Source: Aureliella sp. (GTDB lineage: Bacteria > Planctomycetota > Planctomycetia > Pirellulales > Pirellulaceae). Taken from it: a DNA stretch of 64,000 bases. The stretch is taken from NCBI GenBank assembly GCA_963691875.1, contig OY829846.1, positions 2,080,001 to 2,144,000 on the forward strand, written 5' to 3'. Positions within the stretch are counted from its first letter, which is position 1; the number at the start of each line of letters is the position of its first letter. Positions 18,695 through 27,133 of the stretch are shown here, piece after piece. The notes under the pieces are model-generated. The model saw only the letters and a list, made by a program, of their open reading frames with translations. It ran no database searches and was not told the DNA's origin. Position numbers and translations under genes: made by a program.

Positions 18695-20947
18695 TCAGAT
18701 CAATCTCTGTGTTACCAATTGCAGTTGAGTTAAGAATGCCGAGTTCATCTCCCAGCGGTAGAGCGAGTAGTCACCGGCAGCCGCTTTGATGTCCAGACCG
18801 CTTGGCAAGAGCTGGCGCTGCGTACCTTCGCACTTCGAATAAGGCAATAGATTAGCGTCAGGTCTTGCAACTCCGATGGAATCGCAAAGTATCGCGAACA
18901 AGTCACTCAATTGTCGCCATGGAGTTTCTCGATGAACGATTTTGAGTGCTCCTGCGCCAGTCGCCATGGGAGTCATCACTGCTGCAATGCCAGCGGCAGC
19001 AAGCAGTTCTTTGATAGATGCGAATACAAGAACCGCAGAGCCACCTGCATCAATAGGTACTAAGATCACTGCCAATAGCGGTGCCATCATGACGGCGAGC
19101 GGCTGGGTGCTTTTCCAGAGCTTTTCTCGGAAACTCATCTGCTTCCAGATCTGCTCGCTCCACTTGTCCAGTTCGTCCCCATCCAGCTCAGTTTTGTCTT
19201 CTTCAGCGAAACGTCGCATTGCCAAGTCACAGCCGGCTTCCAGCTGTTCCAGACCACTTCGGTGGAAGGCATCGTGTATATCGCAGCTCTTAACCGCCTT
19301 CGCTAGTCGCTGAGGAGTCACAACTTGAGCCCCGTCGCCCTGCTTAAATCGCTTGGCAAAAACTGAAACGGATTCCGAGGCCGATTGCAAAATTTTGAGT
19401 CTACTCGCGGAGTTAGCGACGGCCTGGTGTAGCTGTCGCGCCGTTTTATCGATCCGCAAACTGAATTTCATCCAAGTCGGCGCCGTACGCTGAATGCTAT
19501 CGGCCATCTGTGACACGATAGCTGGCGAAGCCTGCAGACGCAATCCGGTGTTATTGCCTTGGCCGTCACGCTCGGCCATAAACTCATAACAAGCGTCCGC
19601 TAACGCTTGCCAAGCATCTGTGCGTTGACGAACAAGAAGCTGTTCGCAGCGAGTCATCCACTCTTGTGCAGAAAGACTCGCCGATTTTAACTGAATTTTT
19701 AAACTGCGACTGCTTTCGCGAGTCAGGTTACCAATGTCGAGCTCTTCGCCGAGATCGTGAAGGTACTTGAAGCTTGACGCTGTGCGAGTGCTGGAGTCTT
19801 CCCGCCAAGCGGTCTTTGAGCACTCGAAAAAAATGGGTTGCGAAGATCCATCCGGTGAATCTTGCATACGAGTCGGCTTTGGAGGAATACGAGTATCGGC
19901 CAACGAACTTCGAAAATCGTAAGCGCAATAGATACTCCGGATCGCATAGCGATCTTGCAGACATCGCGCTTGCTCAAACACCACCTCAGGTGTATACCTT
20001 GCTTTGACTTTGTTAACGGCAAGCATCCGAGGAACGCCTGGCATGGCATCGCGTAAGGTTTGTAAGATATCGAGCAGGCTGTCATCGTGCAAGCTGCTCA
20101 TTTTGCTGACCACAATGAATGCCGAGCAAAGACGTCCAATCTTCCGCAGCTGATCACGCCGCAAGTCTGCGAGATCTTCGCCGCGAATCAGCGTGCGAGC
20201 CCCCAGAAAACCTGTTTGGATATCCGGGCAATCCACCAAGCCCAGCTTGAGTTCATTCAGAGACTCATCGTAAGCGATCAACGGAACGTCCATCGGATCG
20301 ACCTGATTCGACCGCGTTTTCGAATTCTCTTCACTTGTTGTCGATTCCTCACTGTCGTTTCTCGACTGTTTCCTCTGCAACACTTCCTCGGGGCGTATTT
20401 TGCCACTGGATTGCAAGGCTGCAACTTCGGGATCTTCCGACAAATGTTCCGGTGGATGGCCAAAGACGCCACTAATAAAGCTGATCAGCGTATTGAGAAG
20501 CTCGCCATCATCCCACCAAACTTTCGGTAGCCAAAGAACGAATCGATGCGTGCCGGAGTCGTTGTTCAAGCCCGTCAAAATGCGGTGACGATTCTGGGGA
20601 CTCAAGTAGCTGGCGAGAAGCGAGCTTTTACCAGCGTTTAGCAACCCGGTAATTGCCATGATCGGGCAGCGCCCCACCGACTCGAATACGCTGAGTTGGT
20701 GTATTAATGCATCGATCCTAGCACGCAGCTCTGCTCCGAGATCCGCTTCTTCCATATTGGGCGCCACAAGATCGCAGCTAAGTGCATCCAAGAAGCTGAG
20801 CATCGCAGGTCCTGCATCATCGGCCGTCATTTTGCCCACTGGCGGATAAGTTCGGCTCAATAGCACACTTTCTCCGTCTGCGGCAAAGAGCTCAGCCAGT
20901 TCTCGCCAAGCTTCGTCCGATTTCTTGTTTGCCGAGAGAGGATTCAT
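18695..20947 (-). CDS. Dynamin-like/TRAFAC GTPase-domain protein (750 aa)
   Basis: G1 GLLNAGKS, G2 T (SGTH), variant G3 DCPD, G4 NKVK; helical region and a hydrophobic C-terminal hairpin. Confidence 0.75.
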   Translation of the reverse strand: MNPLSANKKSDEAWRELAELFAADGESVLLSRTYPPVGKMTADDAGPAMLSFLDALSCDLVAPNMEEADLGAELRARIDALIHQLSVFESVGRCPIMAITGLLNAGKSSLLASYLSPQNRHRILTGLNNDSGTHRFVLWLPKVWWDDGELLNTLISFISGVFGHPPEHLSEDPEVAALQSSGKIRPEEVLQRKQSRNDSEESTTSEENSKTRSNQVDPMDVPLIAYDESLNELKLGLVDCPDIQTGFLGARTLIRGEDLADLRRDQLRKIGRLCSAFIVVSKMSSLHDDSLLDILQTLRDAMPGVPRMLAVNKVKARYTPEVVFEQARCLQDRYAIRSIYCAYDFRSSLADTRIPPKPTRMQDSPDGSSQPIFFECSKTAWREDSSTRTASSFKYLHDLGEELDIGNLTRESSRSLKIQLKSASLSAQEWMTRCEQLLVRQRTDAWQALADACYEFMAERDGQGNNTGLRLQASPAIVSQMADSIQRTAPTWMKFSLRIDKTARQLHQAVANSASRLKILQSASESVSVFAKRFKQGDGAQVVTPQRLAKAVKSCDIHDAFHRSGLEQLEAGCDLAMRRFAEEDKTELDGDELDKWSEQIWKQMSFREKLWKSTQPLAVMMAPLLAVILVPIDAGGSAVLVFASIKELLAAAGIAAVMTPMATGAGALKIVHRETPWRQLSDLFAILCDSIGVARPDANLLPYSKCEGTQRQLLPSGLDIKAAAGDYSLYRWEMNSAFLTQLQLVTQRLI

Positions 20948-21057
20948 GGTTCGTTTCGAGGCTCAACAAATCCATTCTTTGCTGGCTAGGACTCCTAAAA
21001 TTCAAAAGAGTGTTAATGAAGAAGGATCGTGTATGAGGATCGGCAGAGTGCTCGAGC

Positions 21058-21996
21058 TCAGCTCCCAAAATCAGAGTGGCGTGCTAAGACAGTTAAGCCT
21101 TGCAGCACCAAATCGGAATGCACAAAAACGGGCGACGAAAGATGAGGTGATATCCGCATACCGTCCCCGCCACTCAGTATAACCGGTACATTCCATTCTC
21201 CGTTCGAAGCGAAATCTTGGCTGTCCAACAAGTTTTTATCGGGTGAATGCCCCCGCCGATGCCCCCGTCGATAGCGCTCAACTACATGTGAGACGCCGCC
21301 AAGCAACGCACTTGCAGCCCCGCAGAGCATTGCTTCTTCGGTATTCTTCCCGGGAATTTCGGGGAGTGAGGTGAGATTGTCAGCGTTCATTTTGGGCAAT
21401 TGGTCTGTTCCTGCTCCCAACATCCGAAGCATCAGAGGAATGCCCGGCAGAATTGCACCTCCATGAAAGGTAAGTTTCTCGGCCGCAGCCGAGTAACCTG
21501 CCAGCTCACTAGGCAATGAAATTTCATCCACGGTAACAGCACTGCCAGCTTGGATAACAATCGCAGCTCCGGCGTGTTGCTCAAAACCAGTTTGTTCTCG
21601 AAGAAAATGTCCGCCAGCTAGTCCCGCCAAAAGTCGGTCGATCCCAACTCGGTCTGGAGCATCAACATTGACATCCAAAGGAAGATGCGAGTGATGCACC
21701 CGAATCAAGTTAGCACTCGGATCGCAAGATTCTGAAGTAAGGGATTTCTCGAGTATTTGCATTGCGTCGCGTCGAACGCTGCTGACTAGCCAAGTCGCTC
21801 CTTCGACTTGGGTAAACTCAGAAAGCTCGTCAAACCACGCCTCATCAGCTGGCTCGTAAAGCACCGCAGCAGTCTCAGATTGAAGGGGCGTGCCCGGAGG
21901 CAACCAATTGATCCGAGTGCGAGGCCCTATCGCCTGGGCGGCAACATGCAATTCAGCTATCCTTAAGCCACTATTGCCAATGTCGATCCCAAACAC
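21058..21996 (-). CDS. coaX: Type III pantothenate kinase
   Basis: IDIGNS, VSSV, VGIDR, GGAILPG, GKNTEEAM, ILSGGDG and DLVLQGL motifs. Confidence 0.88.
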   Translation of the reverse strand: MFGIDIGNSGLRIAELHVAAQAIGPRTRINWLPPGTPLQSETAAVLYEPADEAWFDELSEFTQVEGATWLVSSVRRDAMQILEKSLTSESCDPSANLIRVHHSHLPLDVNVDAPDRVGIDRLLAGLAGGHFLREQTGFEQHAGAAIVIQAGSAVTVDEISLPSELAGYSAAAEKLTFHGGAILPGIPLMLRMLGAGTDQLPKMNADNLTSLPEIPGKNTEEAMLCGAASALLGGVSHVVERYRRGHRRGHSPDKNLLDSQDFASNGEWNVPVILSGGDGMRISPHLSSPVFVHSDLVLQGLTVLARHSDFGS

Positions 21997-22004
21997 TCTC
22001 GCAG

Positions 22005-23003
22005 CTATTGGACTTGCTCCTGCTGTAAAACATCGGCAACTCGGTGAATCAGTTGATTCAAGCCGGTACCCGTTACGGCACTGATTAGTAGCACGTCTTG
22101 TTGGAGTTCTTCACGCAACTGTCCACAAACTTCGCCCGCCTTGGGAAGCTCTGCTTTGCTCACGACCACAATTTCCGGACGCTGCGCGAGTTCATCCGAA
22201 TACTGTTCGAGTTCTGCACGAATGACTCGATAGTTTTCAATGGGGTCCGTGTCGTCTGTCGGTTCAGGTTCGACCAAGTGCACAATAATTCCAGCTCGCA
22301 TGATGTGCCGCAGGAAATCGTGCCCCAGTCCTACGCCTTCCGAAGCGCCTTCAATCAGCCCCGGAATGTCGGCGATCACAAAAGAACGATCGATGTTTGC
22401 ATTTACCAGACCAAGGTTTGGAAACTTGGTGGTGAAAGGATAATCTGCGATTTGAGGTCGGGCACGAGATATCCGACTCAGCAAAGTACTTTTGCCGGCG
22501 TTTGGCTTGCCGACCAGACCAACGTCCGCGATTACTTTCAACTCCAAGATCACGTGGCGTGCTTCGCCGTCGCCGCCAGGAGTAGATTCACGCGGAGCTT
22601 GGTTGGTGGAACTCTTGAAGTGCGGGTTTCCTCGTCCCCCACGTCCGCCGCGGGCTACGATGACCTCTTCGCCATCGGTGACCAGATCCTTGATCACCAT
22701 ACCCGAGTCGTAGTCGACGATGACGGTTCCCGGCGGGACTTCCACAACAAGATGCGAGCCGCTTTTGCCATGCTTGTTGGAGCCTTGGCCATGCTCACCC
22801 TTCGGGGCTTTCCAATGTTTGCGATGAGCGAACTCAACGAGGCTGTTCACACCCTCACGAGCACGAAAAACGATGTTTCCACCGTTGCCGCCATCACCAC
22901 CACTTGGACCGCCCAGTGGAACATGCTTCTCGCGACGGAAGGCAATGCAGCCATCGCCGCCCCGTCCGGCTTCAAGGTAAATATCTGCTCGATCAACAAA
23001 CAT
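22005..23003 (-). CDS. obgE: GTPase ObgE/CgtA
   Basis: MFVDRA, glycine-rich Obg fold, GKPNAGKS, YPFTT, DIPG. Confidence 0.97.
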   Translation of the reverse strand: MFVDRADIYLEAGRGGDGCIAFRREKHVPLGGPSGGDGGNGGNIVFRAREGVNSLVEFAHRKHWKAPKGEHGQGSNKHGKSGSHLVVEVPPGTVIVDYDSGMVIKDLVTDGEEVIVARGGRGGRGNPHFKSSTNQAPRESTPGGDGEARHVILELKVIADVGLVGKPNAGKSTLLSRISRARPQIADYPFTTKFPNLGLVNANIDRSFVIADIPGLIEGASEGVGLGHDFLRHIMRAGIIVHLVEPEPTDDTDPIENYRVIRAELEQYSDELAQRPEIVVVSKAELPKAGEVCGQLREELQQDVLLISAVTGTGLNQLIHRVADVLQQEQVQ

Positions 23004-23261
23004 GATGTTCCACGCTTAATGATTCACGCCCCTAAAATCACGTCACACGTGAAAAGCTCCGCGAGCAAGTGAATTCCTAAGACTGCAGCGATCGATTGAG
23101 AATCACCTACCTGACAAACGTATAGACTTCCTTGCCACAGCGCAGAAAGCTACTCAATTACAAATGCGGCAGCTTCATTGTGCTCGATCTACGACAGATC
23201 GAAAAGCGAGAATTGAGATTCCCAACGCCAGGATGCTCCGGCAGACCAGATGCAGGTCGCC

Positions 23262-23516
23262 TTAGCTGGCTTCCGCAGGCACGACGTTAACGCGACGGCC
23301 CTTCTGGTCGAAGAAGATTTTGCCTTCGATGAGCGAAAATAGCGTGTAGTCGTTGCCCATTCCTACATTCTTGCCAGGTTTGAACTTTGTACCTACTTGG
23401 CGAACGATGATAGCTCCAGGCTGTGCAGCTTGACCGCCAAACAGCTTTACACCGCGACGCTGAGCGTTACTGTCGCGTCCGTTCCGAGTAGATCCTTGTC
23501 CCTTTTTGTGTGCCAT
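23262..23516 (-). CDS. rpmA: 50S ribosomal protein L27
   Basis: [16 protein letters not shown]...IIVRQVGT. Confidence 0.98.
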   Translation of the reverse strand: MAHKKGQGSTRNGRDSNAQRRGVKLFGGQAAQPGAIIVRQVGTKFKPGKNVGMGNDYTLFSLIEGKIFFDQKGRRVNVVPAEAS

Positions 23517-23650
23517 GATCCTGACCGCCGCACCCGAGTGCTATTTGAATGGAAAATTGAATCTCAAGCCACTAACCTACAAGGGATGGGCGAGATGTAG
23601 CTACCGCTTCTGATCGAAAGGATGAAACATCCCCGACCTGACTCAGAAGT

Positions 23651-24601
23651 TTATCGGTAGTCCCACAGGTAATCAAGGCGTTCTTTTTGGCCATATTGGC
23701 TCAAAACATACTTTTGACGCTCTTCATCCTTCAAAGCCGGAATGCCAAAGCGAATATGATCTTCCAGTTCGAGAACGGTGTCGCCTGGACGCGAGAAGTG
23801 AAGAACAAGCGTCTTTTGAAGATACTTGATCTTGTCGCCAGCCGTTTCAAGCTTCTGAGCGTTAGTCAGGCCTTGAATAGTGACTGAAAAGAAGTCGATT
23901 CGAGGATCCACATCGGTCCAAGTCGCGACGCCCCAAAGTGCATTGTCTTTGGTGGCGGTCGTGAGCTCGACTTTTTCCTTCATGATCTGTTTCGAGTCCA
24001 AGATCGGCTGGCCAACACGCTCCTTGGCAGCAATGGCTTCCACTGCACCGGGAACAACGCGGTCCATGTAGACCTTACCCATGCCAAGAGAGTCGAGTCG
24101 GAAAGTCGGAACGAAGCGAACCCAATCGGCCGAAACTGCCTGAGGCTTGCCATAGACTTCGTTTTGGTACTTGTCTGGCTCGGGAACAGGCTTGAGGTCG
24201 CCGCCAAGATATCGAACGCGATAAAGCAGATACCAAACGACTTTACCGTTGACTTCAATCATTCGGACCGGCTTGAACGCAAACTGCAAACAGTGAACTT
24301 CCTTGCGGAAGGTAACTTGTTTTGCATTCTCGAGAACGATCTCGGTCTTCGGATCGAAGTTTGGCTGCCAGTCCAAATCTGGGTTCAACGCTACAAGAGG
24401 CAGGTCAACGGGGCCTTCCGCTGTCTCGCCGCGAACCGCCGCCGGCTCAATGACTTGCAAAACTCCAGGAGCCAACTTTCGGCCTTTGCCACCAGTAGAA
24501 ACCGGGACTTGAGCCACGGCGATCTGCGAGGCTGCGAGAAGGATAGCAAAGGTGCAGACTACGGATGGACGAATTCTCAGGCGCATGTTGCGAACCGACA
24601 T
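23651..24601 (-). CDS. Hypothetical exported protein
   Basis: 316 aa ORF with signal peptide (AVA-Q) and gene-like composition. Confidence 0.8.
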   Translation of the reverse strand: MSVRNMRLRIRPSVVCTFAILLAASQIAVAQVPVSTGGKGRKLAPGVLQVIEPAAVRGETAEGPVDLPLVALNPDLDWQPNFDPKTEIVLENAKQVTFRKEVHCLQFAFKPVRMIEVNGKVVWYLLYRVRYLGGDLKPVPEPDKYQNEVYGKPQAVSADWVRFVPTFRLDSLGMGKVYMDRVVPGAVEAIAAKERVGQPILDSKQIMKEKVELTTATKDNALWGVATWTDVDPRIDFFSVTIQGLTNAQKLETAGDKIKYLQKTLVLHFSRPGDTVLELEDHIRFGIPALKDEERQKYVLSQYGQKERLDYLWDYR

Positions 24602-24782
24602 GGTAGATCCAAGGGATTAGAGAAGAGATGGAAGCTGCAGCATCCACCTACCTTTCCTAGTTTAAGGCATTAATAGTTTAATTGACAAATACGCAAACTA
24701 AAGCCTGTTCCTGGCCGAAGCCTGCGAGCAGCCCAGTAGTGGGGTGTGGATATCGTGGATTGTAGCGTTTCCAGGCATATTT

Positions 24783-25181
24783 TCAGGGAACGTACACTCT
24801 AGCCAGCAGTTTTTCGTCCACGCTGAAGTCGACGAACTTGCTCTGCGGGTCCCAAACAGCGTCGCCGCCGCCTTCTCGCAAGCCAATGCCATGTTCCTTC
24901 GAGGAGAGCTTTACCCTGACGCAACGAACTCTGGCATTGGTGTTTGCATTCAAGATGTCCAAGAAGTAGCTACCTCCACGACCGGGATCCATCGGCGCTT
25001 GAGCCAGAAATTTGTATTTGCCATCTGGCGAGTCGGCGATGATTCCTCCCCAAACCAGCCCATAAGTCGAAACCCACCAGGCAAGCCAAAGTGCGATCGC
25101 ACTTCCGAAACCGCCGATAAAGGAATTGAGTTTCGGCAGCCTTCTTGGGCGTTTGGGCGGAGTCGCTTTCTGGTCGAACAA
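24783..25181 (-). CDS. Hypothetical single-TM protein
   Basis: 132 aa with a basic N-terminus, a TM helix and a SPDGKY beta-strand pattern. Confidence 0.6.
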   Translation of the reverse strand: MFDQKATPPKRPRRLPKLNSFIGGFGSAIALWLAWWVSTYGLVWGGIIADSPDGKYKFLAQAPMDPGRGGSYFLDILNANTNARVRCVRVKLSSKEHGIGLREGGGDAVWDPQSKFVDFSVDEKLLARVYVP

Positions 25182-25196
25182 CAGTCATCTCCTAAT

Positions 25197-25231
25197 AATC
25201 GTTTAACGACCAGCCGCACGCGCCGTCTTGC
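25197..25231. repeat. 35-bp repeat, inverted partner of 27075-27109
   Basis: AATCGTTTAACGACCAGCCGCACGCGCCGTCTTGC is 31/35 identical to the reverse complement of 27075-27109. Confidence 0.75.
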
Positions 25232-25308
25232 CTTGGTTTAGTTGCAATGGTTAGCTACTCTCCCTCTGGGAACGTCGTGAGGGAAACGAGCGGAGAGGGC
25301 CACCCCGT

Positions 25309-25372
25309 GCCGAAAGTCTTGACGACTTCCGATATAGTCTTTTGTCTCGCCCCACCCGGCGGGTTCCGCTAC
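25309..25372. repeat. GTAG-type REP sequence(s)
   Basis: GCCGAAAGTCTTGACGACTTCCGATAT resembles 49390-49416; a second TTCCGCTAC end lies at 25364-25372. Confidence 0.6.
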
Positions 25373-25383
25373 ACTATAACGTT

Positions 25384-26922
25384 TTACGCAACGATGTCGT
25401 GGATGACGTGTCCATCAACGTCGGTCAGCCGGAAGTCTCTGCCTTGGTAGCGATAAGTCAACTTCTTGTGATCGATTCCCATCAAGTGCAGAATCGTTGC
25501 ATTTAGATCATGGATGTGCATCGTTCCTGGAGTCCACTCCTCCTTGTTCGGCTGAGGGAAGATCGGGTTTCCATCCGCATCGGCTATGTTGTAGCCGTAC
25601 TCGTCGGTACGACCATACGTGATTCCAGGTTTGACTCCACCGCCCGCCATCCAGGTCGTAAAGCAACGTGGGTGATGGTCGCGACCATAGGTCTTATCTG
25701 TCAGCGTGCCTTGGCAGTAAACCGTTCGTCCGAACTCACCACCCCAAACGACTAACGTGTCGTCCAGCATGCCCTTGCGTTTGAGATCTTGAATCAGCCC
25801 GGCACAAGCCTGATCGATATCCTTGCACTGCGATTCGTGTTCCGTCGGCAAGCGTCCGTGTGCGTCCCAGCCACGATGGAAGATCTGAATGTTGCGCACG
25901 CCGCGTTCCGCCAGACGTCTTGCGTTTAGACAACAAGCAGCAAACGTACCCGGTGTCTTTGCCTCTTCGCCGTAAAGCTTGAAAGTCTCTTCGGATTCAC
26001 TCGAAAGGTCCATCAACTCTGGCACGGAGGACTGCATGCGATAAGCCATCTCGTGCTGCGTGATGCGAGCGAGAATTTCAGGATCGCCGAACTGCTCGTG
26101 CTGAACGGAGTTGATTGCGGACAAGGCGTCGAGCTGCTGACGGCGATCTTCTCGGGTCACGCCAGGCGGATTGCTCAGGTAAAGCACCGGATCGCCCTGG
26201 CTTCGCATGAGGATGCCTTGGTGCTCCGAGGGCAAAAAGCCGGGCCCCCAAAGGCGATTGAAAAGACTCTGTTCAGGAAAACTCGTCTTGGCGTGCATCA
26301 CCACATAGTGCGGCAAATCTTTGTTCACACTGCCAAGTCCATAGCTCAGCCAAGCCCCAAGACTTGGACGGCCTGGAACTTGGCTGCCGGTTTGGATGTA
26401 GGTTATCGCCGGATCGTGGTTGATGGCTTCAGTAAATGTGGAGTGGACAACGCAGAGATCTTTGGCGACCTTTGCAGTGTGAGGTAACAACTCGCTGACC
26501 CAAACTCCGTCTTGGTTGTTGTCTTGCTTTTCAAATTTGTACTTGCTGGGGCAAATCGGAAGCCCGTTTTTCTGCCTCGCCGTCATGCCGGTGATACGCT
26601 GTCCATCGCGAACTCCATCGGGCAACTGCTCGTTGAATCTGTCTTTCAGTCCAGGCTTGTAGTCCCACATATCCAAGTGGCTTGGCCCGCCGCTCATGAA
26701 CAAGTAGATCACGCGTTTGGCTTTTGCGCGATGATGCAAACCGCCCGCAAGATCTTCACCTTTCTGCTGCGGAGCTTCATCTGCCCGAGCGTTTCCTTGC
26801 ATCAAGCTCGCCAGAGCCGCGGTGCCGAGCCCAAGTGCGGCTTTGCCGAAAAGTTGACGGCGAGTGGAAAGCAGTGCTTGCTCGCGAATCGGATTATTAG
26901 AGGAGTTTGTCATATTGTGCAT
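25384..26922 (-). CDS. DUF1501 domain protein with Tat signal
   Basis: [49 protein letters not shown] and GRDHH motifs. Confidence 0.92.
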   Translation of the reverse strand: MHNMTNSSNNPIREQALLSTRRQLFGKAALGLGTAALASLMQGNARADEAPQQKGEDLAGGLHHRAKAKRVIYLFMSGGPSHLDMWDYKPGLKDRFNEQLPDGVRDGQRITGMTARQKNGLPICPSKYKFEKQDNNQDGVWVSELLPHTAKVAKDLCVVHSTFTEAINHDPAITYIQTGSQVPGRPSLGAWLSYGLGSVNKDLPHYVVMHAKTSFPEQSLFNRLWGPGFLPSEHQGILMRSQGDPVLYLSNPPGVTREDRRQQLDALSAINSVQHEQFGDPEILARITQHEMAYRMQSSVPELMDLSSESEETFKLYGEEAKTPGTFAACCLNARRLAERGVRNIQIFHRGWDAHGRLPTEHESQCKDIDQACAGLIQDLKRKGMLDDTLVVWGGEFGRTVYCQGTLTDKTYGRDHHPRCFTTWMAGGGVKPGITYGRTDEYGYNIADADGNPIFPQPNKEEWTPGTMHIHDLNATILHLMGIDHKKLTYRYQGRDFRLTDVDGHVIHDIVA

Positions 26923-27074
26923 TTACTTCGGATTCGTTTTCAGGACTTGCCGCGAGTTTTGCAAGGTTGGGATACTCACTCGCTGCCGCGTCGTGCTTTT
27001 GTTTTATTAGCGGCTTTGGCGCTAGCCGCCGGTTCTTCTATGGTTCGGTTGGAACTTCGATATGTTGTTCGAAA

Positions 27075-27109
27075 GCAAGCCGGCGTGTGTGGCTGGGCGT
27101 TAAACGATT
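27075..27109. repeat. 35-bp repeat, inverted partner of 25197-25231
   Basis: 31/35 reverse-complement identity to 25197-25231. Confidence 0.75.
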
Positions 27110-27133
27110 GGTTCGGTATCGGCCCCATATCCG

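Noticed and set aside
22098..23072. 324-aa plus-strand ORF antisense to obgE, and similar antisense ORFs over glpK and DUF1501 genes
   Set aside because: Shadow frames with no motifs, fully overlapping well-supported genes.
23262..23650. rpmA without upstream rplU (and dnaG without rpsU)
   Set aside because: Split operons are unremarkable outside model taxa, and nothing here indicates gene loss.
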